Assembly (NCBI RefSeq): GCF_009914755.1
Contig: NC_060926.1
Direction: 5' to 3' (one strand)
DNA: 64,000 bases
DNA from: the human T2T-CHM13v2.0 reference genome, Homo sapiens
Shown: positions 27,735-40,595 of the stretch, one piece after another
Layout: each line of letters begins with the position of its first letter
Numbering within the stretch: the stretch's first letter is position 1
The notes under the pieces: generated by a model
What the model was told of the DNA's origin: nothing
The model's database searches: none
What the model saw: the letters and a program-made list of their open reading frames with translations, nothing else
Program-made: the position numbers and the translations under genes

Positions 27735-30184
27735 AAAAATGGACAAGTATGCCTGTATTTTGTATACTTATAATGTATAATTATATACTTAATTTATATA
27801 ATTTCTTTTTTATATGGAATATGTAACTACTATATGAACTGTTCAGTTCTTTGCTTTTTTAACTTTTGATACATTGAAAATTACTAGAAATTGTTTTCTA
27901 GAAAGCAAACAAAAATAAGCTCATTTATTATTGCTCTTATTTTATTATATTTATACAAAGCAGGTACATTTACAATATATATTATTCTTTTCATCTTAGT
28001 AATTGTCTTCAAAATCTTCTCACACATTAAGCTGTCTTTCCATCCCACCCTCAAAAGGTAGCTTTTCCACTATCGTTAGTGCCCATGTATGAGAAATAGC
28101 TTGCTTTACTGAAATAGTCATTCTACCTATCTTTCAACAACTGATATCATATTACTCTCTTTTGAGAACTAACTGGAGTCATTAAAGTTTAAGCAAGAAT
28201 CTTTAAAAAAATTCTATAAAAGTAGTATTAATTAATCAAGGCAAGAAAAAATTAGCATTGCTCTGTTAAACATTAGCATCTGAGAAAATTGCTTAATAAC
28301 TCTACATCAAAAATTTTAATTTATATAATCAAAATATGACAACATTCCATGCACTATTCATTTACATTTTTTTCTTTCAAGCATGTTATTGGAATTAAAT
28401 AAAATTAATATGATTATACTCAATTTGCAGTCAAATTTCAAAATGAAAGAACACAATTTTTTTCAATTTTTTGAAATTATGTCTTTTTTAAAAATCAGTT
28501 TCTTTCTAGAAGTTAAGCTTATAGCCCCAGGTACAATGATGTATTTGATTTGAATACTGTTTTTCCCTAAAATTTAGTATATAGGCCATTTCTTTAGTGA
28601 ATTTAATTTACCTGGTCTACATGTTCCTTGTATTTGAAAATTGATTGATATTCAGATCTAGTTATAATTTTGCCTTGCAAAAAATAATACAAAGCAATCC
28701 AAAAATGAATATTAATAATTACAATTTATTGAAACTATATAAATTTTCAAAAACTAATCCAAATAATATGTGCAATGAAGATGGGTATTTTAAATTTGCT
28801 ATCTGTTTGCAATTTGTTTCAACGATTCACCTTTTGATTCATACAATACAATGATCCATATAAGGTCTGAACACATAAACCAAATTGGTAATTGCTGAAC
28901 TTTTTACCCTTTCTCACTGTAGTCTGAATTTTTTTTTCCACAAAGAAAGAAATGTAAATGAGAGATAAGTTACCTCTTCACTTATAGGTCAAAACTTTTG
29001 GCTTTAAGGAAGGCATAAGTAAAGCTAGTATTTTAAATTAAAGAGAAAATTAAAAGTACATGAACATATATGTCATTTGCATTATGTTAATACATGTTAT
29101 ATAACATAAAATATATAATAATATTTTATATTAGTAATGCCACTCCAAAATTCCAGAATAGAGTGAAAAAGCCCAGATATGGGAGCCAGAAAAACCCTCA
29201 CCAAGTTCAGCTGAACTTGCTGTCGCACCGGAAAATGAGATGTGCGGGGTAGGGGGCAGGGACGAGGGGGAAAGGGACCACTCGGGTCATTTTTAAGATG
29301 AGAGAGTAGTCACAGGGGAACAGAACCAGGAGTCTAAACGAAGTATAGCATGACGGGCGTACGTTTCCCTATACAAGGTCCTATTTAAGGGCACAGGAAA
29401 AGTTACAGAATGACAAAAGAGGTGAGCAAGAAGGTCTGCAGGGTGGCTGTTTTGAACCCACCACCAGTTTAGTTTAGAAGAGGTCCAATCACTAGGACGT
29501 GGGGTATGACAATCTAAATACCCGCAACCTTCATGGTGCCAGAAATTCCAATCAGGTGAATGTTCTTCACACTCGTTTTCGTAAAAACACCTGACTTGCC
29601 TCTGGCAGAAAAGACAGGACTGTGGTGGCCAGCCTAAACGACTGATGAGAAATTTAACCTCTTGTGACAAAAAATCAGCACTAAGGACCTTGAAGAAGTT
29701 TTTATCCAGACGTCGTGGACAATATCGACGTCCTGACACGTAACACCTTGACAACCACTAAACAAGACAATAGACACCGAACAAAACAATAAACATAAAA
29801 CAAACAATTGACCCTAGGGCATGTAAACAATTATGACAGTTTTCCTATTTATTATTTTTTATTAGACAGACAAGGGGAGGGGGTCCCGTGGTGGGATCAT
29901 TCAGGTGCCTGCCCGGCCACTCCCCCTGAGTGAACTTGGGCTCCTCTTAGCATTGGCAGGCCGGTATAAACCCCCGGCTGGGATGGAGCTAAGGCCTGAT
30001 GCTGCCTTAAGCCTTATGAGGTCGCCACGGAACCGCAGGTGAGGGCCCACTCGAACTCCGTAGCTTTTGTCGTGCAGCTACAAACTGGAAGACAAACCGC
30101 AAGCGTTTGTCCTCCCCACTCACTCACCAGTCACACAGAGTTTATTGCAGTTTTTTTTTCTTTTAAACAAAGATACCCAAGATA

Positions 30185-30194
30185 AGAGGTAGGA

Positions 30195-30261
<67 letters not shown>

Positions 30262-30306
30262 GACAGACAGAGAGAGACAGAGACAGACAGACAGAGAGAC
30301 AGAGAC
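30185..30306. repeat. (AG)n/(AGAC)n purine-rich repeat in the HERV-T leader
   Basis: Directly visible. Confidence 0.9.
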
Positions 30307-30737
30307 CGGTCTTCCAGAAACCAAGGCTCAGCTCCCCAGTGTCCTGGGTCTTGACATGAGTCAACGGAGGGTCCTCGTCAGGACCACTTCCCACCCAAAC
30401 CAAGACACAAAGGCGCCTACCAGAAAACCAAGGCTCAACCCACTAGTGTCCTAGAGTAACAGGCTGAGTCAAAAGAGGGACACCCTCGTCAGGGCCGCTT
30501 CCCTCTTACCAGAAACGAAGTCAAATCTGAACTACCTGACCCCGGGGTCAGAAGCTGAGGACTCAGATGTTGAATTTTAGGGCACTCACACGGTAGTCGA
30601 TCCGCTCTCCTCTGGAAGACGGTCGCCCTTCGGGGACCTGAAAATTCTTTTCTCAGGTGGCACCCCCCCCCCTACAAGCCGGCCGACCTTCCGGGGAGCC
30701 TGGAGCGAGACCGGCTCTCGCCCGGTGGGGTTAATAT

Positions 30738-30755
30738 ATCTCGCTGGGGCATCCA
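30738..30755 (-). other. Retroviral primer-binding site, tRNA-Thr type
   Basis: Minus strand TGGATGCCCCAGCGAGAT, 3 nt after the LTR CA end; one mismatch to the recalled Thr PBS TGGAGGCCCCAGCGAGAT. Confidence 0.85.
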
Positions 30756-30758
30756 AAA

Positions 30759-31305
30759 TGTTCTACCCTAGCGAGTTAGAAAAACACCAGACTTTGAGAC
30801 GAATTAAGAATCCTTTATTAGCCAGCGATTGAAAGACAGCTAACGCTTAAAATTCTCTCGGCCCCGAGGAAGGGGCTTGATTAACTTTTATACCTTGGTT
30901 TTAGGAAGGGGGGGGTCTAGTTAAAACAATTTTACAGAAGTAGTCAAAAAGTTAAAAGGATAAATGGTTACAGGAAAGTAAACAGTTCCAGGTGCAGGGG
31001 CTTTAAGACTATTACAAGGTGATAGACCCGGGGCTTTGGGCGTTATCAATCGGACGAATTCCTGGGAACCGCGGATATAGCTTGCCACAGTATCTTATCA
31101 GTTAATTGCATCCTTGGATGTGCTGGGAGTCAGTTTGCACAAGTTAAGTCCTTGAGGAAGGGGCTGCCAGTGAAAGAGCCAAGATGGAGTCTGTCTGGCT
31201 GTCTTAGCTAAGGGAGAGTCAATTCAGGTGGAAACAAGGCTAGGTGATTAAAGGAAAAGGGAGAGTCTAAAAACAGAGTTAGTAAAAACCAGGTTGCGCA
31301 TTACA
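30759..31305 (-). mobile_element. LTR6B, 5' LTR of the HERV-T provirus (547 bp)
   Basis: Minus strand TGTAATGCGCAACCTGGTTTTTACTAAC...GACTCCATCTTGGCTC...TATAAAAG...AATAAAGG...GTAGAACA, with TG..CA termini. Confidence 0.92.
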
Positions 31306-31714
31306 ACAAGAATATACTATCATAGAGACAATTAAATCTCTTCATTTAGTTAACTGTTCTGAGAAACTGGGCACTTCATTGCTTATTTTGATGAGCCTTA
31401 TTGGTCATCCTACACTTGCTTATGCACCACTTATTTTTCTCAACAAAGTCATCTAGGCTTTGTTGCCCAGCTGAAGGCAAGAGAGTCAAGAATATAAAAC
31501 CTATGTCCCCTTTCTCTCTGCGTTCTGTTCTGTTTGGCCTCTCAATTTACTCACTTTTCACATGAATGTGGTCTGAGAATGGGGTTTCTTTCAGCCAGTA
31601 GTAGAAGCTCTCTGCTTCTTTTAATTTACCACCCTTGGGTGGATGTGCATGAGAGTTATTAATGTTTCTTTTCTACATTTCTGTAGTGTTTTGCAAAATA
31701 AAGTTTCACATGCC

Positions 31715-31875
31715 CTTTCACAGTCCTAACTACCCTGAAAACTAGATAGGCAAGTATGATTATTCAAAATCACATGCTCAGAAATTTGGGTGTGAACTAC
31801 TTTGAAAGAGATCCAGCTGGTAATTAATGATCAGTATGCAAATCTGCATTTCAAACACCTAGTCCAGTGCTTTTG
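31715..31875 (-). mobile_element. MIR fragment
   Basis: ACCCTG...TAGG..AGTATGATTATTC...AGCTGGTAA...AGTCCAGTGCTTTT. Confidence 0.45.
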
Positions 31876-32224
31876 GCAACATACAACAACAGAAGAAGTT
31901 ACTGTAGTATGGGGTCATTTCTTTCTTAGCTGCCCTAAATAATGTTTAAATAACTAATTTATTAAGGAAAATAATTTCCTGGCAGTTTCCTTAAAAAATT
32001 AAACATAAGATAATATTTATCTATTGTTTTATCTTAAATTTTAAAGCAAAATAAAAGCACATGGTACCATAGGAATAAACTGCCTGCCACCCAGTCTTAG
32101 GCTCAGTAAAAATGCTCATTAGAAGAATTTTCTTAGGATAATTCCTTAGAATCTGGAAGCTACTGCAAATATTTTAGGTTTGGCATAGAACTGAAATCAA
32201 CAGAACATTTAAAAATTGATTGGA

Positions 32225-34805
32225 GCCTTCTGGATTTACCTCTGACATGTAACAAGCTTAGAAGTCATTATGCCCTTCCTAATAATAAGAAAAACCTGAA
32301 CAAACTAAAAACAATATCTTTATTGGACCTGTCAGGGGACTATGGTCACAGGGAAAATCACCACCCTGAAATCTGGAAAGACAGGTGAATAGAGTCACAG
32401 CTGAGATTGGCTTGCTCTGGACCCATGTTTTTTTATTGTCTATTCTGATTATTTGACATCTGGGGCCTTGCTGCTCGTGGAGGGACTGCCATTCTCAGGG
32501 TTCATCAATTCCTAGAGACCGTTAACAACTCACGTGTGAGTGCACTTTTTAAATACAAACCAACCAATCCAGAGCCCACACCCCAACCACTCCCTTTAAT
32601 TGAAGTCTCTTACTGAGGATGACTATCCACCTGACCTCTTTGCCACAGGCCTAGATACCAAGAACATAAAGGACAGCCTTTATGTTCAGAGTTTGCTGAA
32701 ATTATTCAAACTAGCCAGTCCTAAAACTGCTTACTCTGTGTTTCCTGTTCCTTCCCACAGACAAAAAACACAATAAGGCTTTTGCCAATAGTTTTCTCCT
32801 CTCCCGCTACCCCTCGACTGATCCTGATTCTTCTTCATGTGGCTCCTATGGCATGGCACACCCTCTCTTCTTGGGAATTGTAACTGTCTTGTCAGTGGCA
32901 ATCATCTCCTGATATGTTGGCCTTACTGTACCTCATTTAAAAAATTAATACTGTATATTTTAAAACAAGCCATGAACTGGTAACACTTAAATAGGAATTT
33001 TGACAGATTCCTAGAGGCTGAGTGTGGACTAGACTGAGAGTGACAAACTGCTGGGGGCACTTGGTGAAGTAGCCACATTGGCTTCTCATGGTGAGGAACA
33101 GAGAATCCTACAGTGGCTCTGGCAGGTGGAGTGGAAAAGTAACCATTTTAAAATAGACCAAAGCATTCTCAATAACAGTTCTACTCACCAGGGAAAAAGA
33201 CTTTACCAGGGCCTTATCCACTGCTGCAGAAGGGAATTTCTCCAACTCTAGTACCCTTTGGCCTTCTTGTCTCCCCAGTATGGGAGAGAGAAGGGGAAGG
33301 GAAGAAGACAAAGCCAAAAAATACTTGTGAAAGTCATAACCAAGGGGGATCGGCCCATTGAAAGAGGCAAATTTAGCTATAAGATTATAGTGTGCTTCCC
33401 TTCTCTTGTACCTTACTGCTATATCAACAGGCCTTCAGTATAAAAACAGCAGATTACAATTGAAAGTACTTTACGCACATACTCTATTTGAGTAGGATTT
33501 CAAGGAAAGCCCAGAAACAATAGAGAAGATAAGAACAAAGACATTATAGGAATTTGAAGTCTCTGGCACCTACAGCTACAGAAAACATTAACCATAGGAT
33601 GTCTCCTTGTCAGATTAACATAAGAACCTCACGCTAAATACTTATTTACCTCAGTTCAGTTACCCAGTTTGTTATATCCAGCTTTCAACCAAGAATTACA
33701 AGGCATTCCTAAAGGTAAGGAAAATAGTCTGGAAAGAAAAGCAAATATCAGAACCAGACTCAAATAGGAAACAAATGTGGAATTATCAAACAGTGAATTT
33801 AAATTATTATGCATATGTTAAGGGCTTTAATGGAACGAGTGAACAACATGCAACAACACATGAGTCATGTGAGAAGAGAGATGATGGAAACCGTAAGAAT
33901 CAAAAGGAAATGCTAGAAATTAAAAAATACTGTCATAGAAATGAAGAATGTACTTGACAGCTTTATCAATAGACTGGACATGAACAAGGAAAAAAATCAG
34001 TGAGCTTGAAGATATGCCAATAGAAACTTTCCAAACTGAAATGCAGAGGGAAGAATGAAAATGACAGAACAGAATATTCAAGCACTATGGAACATTTACA
34101 AAAGGTATGACATACATGAATCAAGAAATAAATATTCTGAAGAGACCCATATCTGTTAAAGAAATCGAGTCAAAAATTAATAATTTTTCAAAACAGGAAG
34201 CAACAGGCCCATATGGTTTCACTGGTGATTTCTACCATACACTTAAGGATTAAATAATACCAATTATCCAAATCTCTTCCAGAAAATAGAAGTGGGGGGA
34301 ACATATCCACATTCATTCTATGAGGCCAGCATTATCCTAATACTAAAACCTAATAGAGATATTTTGAGAAAAGGAAAGACAAATATTTACTTCTGATAAA
34401 TATAGATCTAAAAATCCTCAATAAAATATCAGAAAATTTATCTAGCAATATATCAAAATATCTGGTTAGTATTCTTCAAAAATTTCAAGATCATAAAAAA
34501 CATGGGAAGTCTGAGAAACCATCACAGCCTAAAGGAGTCTAAAGAGACATGAGGACTAATGTCTTGTGGCATCTTAGATGGAATCCTGGAGCTCACAAAG
34601 GAGAGCAAGGAAAAACTGGGAAAATCTGAATAATGTAAGGACTTTAGTTAGTAATAAAATATCAATATTTGTTCTTTAATTGTAGTGCACACATATACTA
34701 AGGTTCTAGATGTTAATAATAGGGAAACTGTGGAAATTGGAACTCTGAATTACTCTTGTAATTTTTCTGTAAATCTAAAACTTTTCTAAAAGGAAAGTTT
34801 ATTTT
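32225..34805 (+). mobile_element. Old L1M mosaic (5' region/ORF1, ORF2 piece, L1MC-type 3' end)
   Basis: ORF1-like KNQKEMLEIK; ORF2-like CAGGCCCATATGGTTTCACTGGTGATTTCTACC; 3' AGAGACATGAGGACTAATGTC...GGAATCCTGGA. Confidence 0.7.
32426..32967 (+). mobile_element. MER74A-like ERVL solo LTR inside the L1M
   Basis: TGGGGCCTTGCTG...AACCAACCAATCCAGAGCCCACAC...GCTGAAATTATTCAAACTAGCCA...TTTTAAAACA. TSD ACCCA/AGCCA. Confidence 0.8.
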
Positions 34806-35242
34806 AGGAAATATATCAAAAGTATCAGATATCAACCTCAATATTTTTCAGTGTTGTGCTTATAAGTCTTTATCGCAGATTATGCCTTTGCTTGCTATTG
34901 ACTATCAACTTTGGTCCATGCTCAGAGGTTCTCTATCTTTATGGTGCTTTGCTTCTTTGTTTATCACTTTTGGGTAGAGAGGAGGTGAAGAGTTTAGGAA
35001 ACCTTGTTGGTATTTGTTTTCTACTGAAAGCTTGTCTTGTTTTATAAGAAAATCTGTTATTTATAAAATTTCACACCCATTTTCAAAAAGCAAGAAACCT
35101 TTCTTAACAGTGAAAAAGCACTTTTTAAAAAATATTAGACCAGAATGTTTCTTTATATCCATTTCTTCCATATTAGGTCTTGCCTTTTCTAGATGTGTTC
35201 AGCCACAGGCACTGAGGCCAAGTGCTAGATTCACCACTGCCT

Positions 35243-35294
35243 TGTTTCTGAGCCTAATTTGTTAGTCTGTTTCTGAGTCCTAATTTGTTAGTCT
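35243..35294. repeat. 25-26 bp tandem duplication
   Basis: TGTTTCTGAG(T)CCTAATTTGTTAGTC x2. Confidence 0.85.
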
Positions 35295-35640
35295 TCTGAT
35301 ATCAGCAAGGTAAAGCTCAAGTTATGGAGCCTTGGACATGGTTAGATAGCAAGTCAGTTCCCATAGACTTAATTCCCACATCCATTGGCTTCTTTCTCTT
35401 TCCAGAATTGCCCATATAATCAAAATACCATAATGCTTTCAGGCTTAATGGAAGTAATGACAAAAAAAGAGAGCAAAATATTTTGTCACAAATAGTAATC
35501 TAATCCCAGTTTCCCACGAGGGTTGTTCAATATTTGAAAATATTTATCAAGTCATTATCCAGAAATGGCTTTCCTCTAGATTAATTGTGTGCATTTCTGG
35601 ACTTCCACAACCTTGATTGTATTTCCATAAAGGACATCTC

Positions 35641-36051
35641 TTTCACTTGTGTCTGTGTGAGGAGACCACCAAACAGGCTTTGTGTGAGCAGCAAGGCTGT
35701 TTATTTCACCTGGGTGCAGGCGGGCTGAGTCCGAAAAGAGAGTCAGCAAAGGGAGATGGGGTGGGGCCGTTTTATAGGATTTGGGTAGGTAAAGGAAAAT
35801 TACAGTCAAGGGGGTTGTTCTCTGGCAGGCAGGGGTGGGGGGTCACAAGGTGCTCGGCAGGGGAGCTTTTGAGCCAGGATGAGCCAGGAGAAGGAATTTC
35901 ACAAGACAATGTCATCAGCTAAGGCAGGAACAAGACATTTTCACTTCTTTTGTGGTGGAATGTCATCAGTTAAGGCAGGAACGGCCATCTGGATGTGTAC
36001 GTGCAGGTCACAGGGGATATGATGGCTTATCTTGGGCTCAGAGGCCTGACA
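35641..36051 (-). mobile_element. LTR7/LTR7B, 3' LTR of HERV-H (411 bp)
   Basis: Minus strand TGTCAGGCCTCTGAGCCCAAG...TTTGGTGGTCTC...GTGAAA, preceded by the PPT AATATAAGAAGACAGGAA. Confidence 0.95.
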
Positions 36052-36477
36052 TTCCTGTCTTCTTATATTAATAAGAAAAATTAAATGAAATAGTGATAAA
36101 GTGTTGGGGTGGCAAAAATTTTGGGGGGTGGTATGGAGAGATAATGGGCGTTGTTTCTCAGGGCTGCTTTGAGCAGGATTAGGGGTGGCATGGGAACCTA
36201 GACTGGGAGAGATTAAGCTGAAGGAAGATTTTGTGGTAAGGGGTGATATTGTGGGGTTGTTAGAAGAAACATTTGTCGTATAGAATTATTAGTGATGGCC
36301 TGGATACGGTTTTGTATGAATTGAAAAACTAAATGGAATAAGAGAAGGAGAAAAACAGGTATTAAAGGACTAAGAATTGGGAGGACTCAGGACATCTAAT
36401 TAGAGAGTGCCCAAGGAGGTTTGGCATAGCCCTGCCAGAAAAGATTATTTATTTACTTTAAGAGTTAAGAGTGGCGG

Positions 36478-36799
<322 letters not shown>

Positions 36800-37291
36800 T
36801 CAGCTGTGATGGCTTGGGGAAACAGTGTAAACCGGCAGTGTAAACAAGAGCAGGGCATTTATGAGTAGTTGAGAATGGTGAATAGGAGTATGACTAGACA
36901 GAAGATAGTAGGGATGACCAGTTTTTTGGGTGGCAGTCCAAGTTGGTCTGGTGTCTGGAATGAGACTGGGGCCTAAAAAAAAGGAGTGTCTATACAGGGG
37001 CTTAAATGGGCTGTACCCTTTAGCATTCCAAGAACAGGCCTGAATTCTGAGAAGGCCAAGTGGTAAAAGTATTGTCCAGTCCTTTTTAGGTTGGTGGCTG
37101 AGCTTGGTAAGGTGTGTTTTTAAAAGACCATTAGTCCGTTCTACCTTTCCTGAAGATTGAGGACCGTAAGGGGTATGAAGGTTTCACTGAATACCAAGAG
37201 CCTGAGAAACTGCTTGGGTGATTTGACTAGTAAAGGCCGGTCCGTTATCGGACTGTATAGAGGTGGGAAGGCCAAACCAAGGAATTATGTC

Positions 37292-37560
37292 TCACAGAAG
37301 GGAAGAAATGGCTGCAGTGGCCTTCTCAGACTCTGTGGGAAAGGCCTCTGCCCATCCAGTGAAAGTGTCTACCCAGACCAAGAGGTATTTTAGTTTCCTG
37401 ACTCGAGGCATATGAGTAAAGTCAATTTGCCAGTCCTGGGTGGGGGCAAATCCCCGAGTTGATGTGTAGGGAAGGGAGGGGGCCTGAACAATCCCTGAGG
37501 AGTAGTAGAATAGCAGATGGAACACTGAGAAGTGATTTCCTTGAGGACAGATTCCCACGA
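37292..37560 (-). pseudogene. pol: HERV-H integrase core remnant
   Basis: WQIDFTHMPRVRKLKYLLVWVDTFTGWAEAFPT. Confidence 0.9.
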
Positions 37561-37799
37561 TGGAAAGGAAATGAGAGGTTCTAAGAGACGGGCTATCAGC
37601 TTGTAACCTACATGGAAGAGGTTATGAAATGACGACAGAATAGAATGGGCTTGTGAATCTGGAAGGAGATATTTTCCTTGGTCTAAGAACCATTTGCCTT
37701 GTGTGGGAAGAGATTGATAGTTGGAAGTTTCAGTGGGGGAGTAGGTGGGAATGGCCAGATGAGAAGGAGAAAAACTGCTGTGAGGGATAGAAGTTGGGA

Positions 37800-38310
37800 C
37801 TAGCTGCTTTTTTAGCTAACTTATCAGCATAAGCGTTGTCCTGACCGATGGGATCTGATGCCTTTTGATAGCTGCTTTTTTAGCTACCTTATCAACATAA
37901 GTGTTGCCCTGAGTGATAGGATCTGATGCCTTTTGATGGCCCTTGCAGTGAATGACTCCAACTTCCTTTGGAAGTAAAGCGGCTTTGAGAAGCATTTTTA
38001 TTAAAGATGCATTAATGATGGAGGACCCTTGCATAGTAAGGAAACCTCTTTCTGCCTATATACCAGCGTGGTGGTGCAGGATGTGGAAGGCATATTTAGA
38101 GTCAGTATAAATATTGACTCATAGTCCTTTTGTAAGAGTGAGGGCTTGAGTTAAGGCAATGAATTCGGCTTGCTGAAAGGTAGTGGAGGGGGGCAGAAAG
38201 TATATGCGTCAGGTGTGAGGAAGAAAATAGATTTTGGAAGTTATGAGAACTGTAGAGGGTGAGTTGAGCATAGTTTGTGATTTTGAGGGCCTCTAAAAGC
38301 ATTAAAGCAG
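37800..38310 (-). pseudogene. pol: HERV-H RNase H remnant, frameshifted
   Basis: LLKAALLPKEVGVIHCKGHQKASDPITQGNTYVDKVAKKAA. Confidence 0.85.
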
Positions 38311-38539
38311 TGGCAGCCGCTGCACGCAGACGTGAGGGCTAGGCTAAAACAATAAGGTCAAGTTGTTTGGACAGAAAGGCTACAGGGCACAGTCCCAGCT
38401 CTTATGTAAGAAATCTGACCACACTAACCATGCCTAGGAAGGAAAGGAGTTGTTGTTTTGTAGAAGGATTGGAGTTTGTGGTATTAGCCAGACATGATCA
38501 GCAGGGAGAGCACGTGTGTTTTCATGAGAATTATGCTGA

Positions 38540-39047
38540 GATATGTAGCAGATGAGGAAGAAATTTGGGCTTGACTGAAGTAATGGGGGCTGTCTGTGAA
38601 GCCTGGTGGCAGTACAGCCCAGGTAATTTGCTGAGCCTGAGGGGTTTCAGGGTCAGTCCAAGTAAAAGCGAAGAGAGGCTAGTATGAAGGGTGCAAAGGA
38701 ATAGTAAAGAAAGTATGTTTGAGATCCAGAACAGAATAATGGGTTGTGGAGGGAGGTATTGAGGATAGGAGAGTACATGGGTTTGGCACCATGGGGTGGA
38801 TAGGCAAAACAATTTGGTTGATAAGGCGCAGATCCTGAACTAACCTGTAAGGTTTGTCTGGTTTTAGGACAGGTAAAATGAGGGAATTGTAGGGGGAGTT
38901 TATAGGCTTTAAAAGGCCATGCTGTAACAGGCGAGTGATAACAGGCTTTAATCCTTTTAAAGCATGCTGTGCGATGGGATATTGGTGTTGAGAAGGGTAA
39001 GGATGATTAGGTTTTAAGGGGATAGTAAGGGGTACATGATCAGTCAC
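38540..39047 (-). pseudogene. pol: HERV-H reverse transcriptase N-terminal remnant; YXDD segment absent
   Basis: PINSPYNSLILPVLKPDKPYRLVQDLRLINQ...YSVLDLKHTFFTIPLHP. Further on, GFTDSPHYFSQAQ joins directly to downstream sequence, as in the common deleted (RTVL-H2-type) form. Confidence 0.88.
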
Positions 39048-40595
39048 CTAGGAGGGAGTAGAGATGTCCTATACTTGTGGGTTAAGGTTGGGGGATACAA
39101 GAGAAAGATGCGAAGGAGGCTTTGGGTTGGGAAGAAGGGTGGCAATGAAATGTGGCTGTAGTCCAGGAATAATCAGGGAAGCAGATAATTTGGTTAAAAT
39201 GTCTCAGCCTAATAAGGGAACTGGGCAGGTGGGGATAACTAAAAAGGAGTGTATAAAAGAATATTGTCCAAGTTGGCAAGAGAGTTGGGGAGTTTTAAGA
39301 GGTTTAGAAGCCTGGCCGTCAATACCCACAACAGTTATGGAGGCAAGGGAAACAGGCCCTTGAAAAAAGATAATGTGGAGTGGGTAGCCTCTGTATTGAT
39401 TAAGAAGGGGACGGACTTACCCTCCACTGTGAGAGTTACCCAAAGCTTGGCGTCCGTGATGGTCTACGGGGCTTCCGAGGTGATCGGGCGGTGTCAGTCT
39501 TCAGCCGCTAAGCTGAGAAGATCTAGGAAGGAGTCAGTCAGAGAGCCCTGGGCCAGAGTTCCAGGGGCTCTGGGAGTGGCTGCCAGGTGAGTTGAACAGT
39601 CCAATTTTCAGTGGGGTCCCGCACAGATGGGACATGGCTTAGGAGGAATCCCGGGCTGTGGGCATTCCTTGGCCCAGTGGCCAGATTTCCAGCACTTGTA
39701 GCAAGCTCCGGGGGAGGAGGTTCTGGAGGAACCCCTGGCAGCTGCAGTTCAGGCGTTTGGAGTTCTTGGGTGCTGGAGATGTGGCTGGGGTTTGTCTCAC
39801 AGTGGAGGCAAGGAATTGCAACTCAGAAATACATTGCTACTTGGCTGCCTCTACTCTATTATTGTACACCTTGAAGGTGAGGTTAATTAAGTCCTGTTGT
39901 GGGGTTCGAGGGCTGGAATTTAATTTTTGGAGTTTTATTTAATGTCAGGAGTGGATTGGGTAACAAAATATATATTGAGAATAAGACGGCCTTTTGACCT
40001 TTTAGGGTCTAGGGCTGTAAAGAGTCTCAGGGTTGCTGCCAAACGAGCCATGAACTGGGCTGGGTTTCTATATTTGATGAAAAAGTGCCTAAACTCTATC
40101 TGATTTGGGATAAAGAAAAAGGAGCATTAACCTTGACTATGCCTTTAGCTCCAGCCACCTTTTTAAGAGGAAATTGCTGGGCAGCTGGGGAAGTTCTCCA
40201 CCTGTCCAGTGGCCGTTATATTACACTTTGCAGAACATTCAGGGCATTCAGGGAAACTCATCTTGTCCACCTATTAGCAATCAAATGCCTCACTGTTAGT
40301 AACACAGAAATGTGGGTTGAATAACCAACATGGACACCAAAGAGTTCTAAATATCCATTGTGGTCTAAGGTAACAAAGAATGAATCCTTTAAGCTTCATG
40401 GCCATCCATCCCAAACGTGGGGCCAAGCTGGTATAAAAGGTTGTGGAAAACAAGAAGTCTTAATCATAATCACTGAAGACTCTTAGGGTTCTAATCTGAC
40501 CTTCTACAGCATTCACTCTGACCACCAACTTTGTGAACAGATGATTTTGAATCTTGGTTCCTCTGAGCTGTCTTTCTGATAACAATATAACTAAT

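Larger units (their letters stand above)
29140..30758 (-). mobile_element. HERV-T (HERVS71-int) 5' internal region (PBS, leader, pre-gag-like); truncated, no 3' LTR
   Basis: CpG-rich block contiguous with LTR6B through the PBS, ending abruptly in AT-rich host DNA. The left boundary is approximate. Confidence 0.85.
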
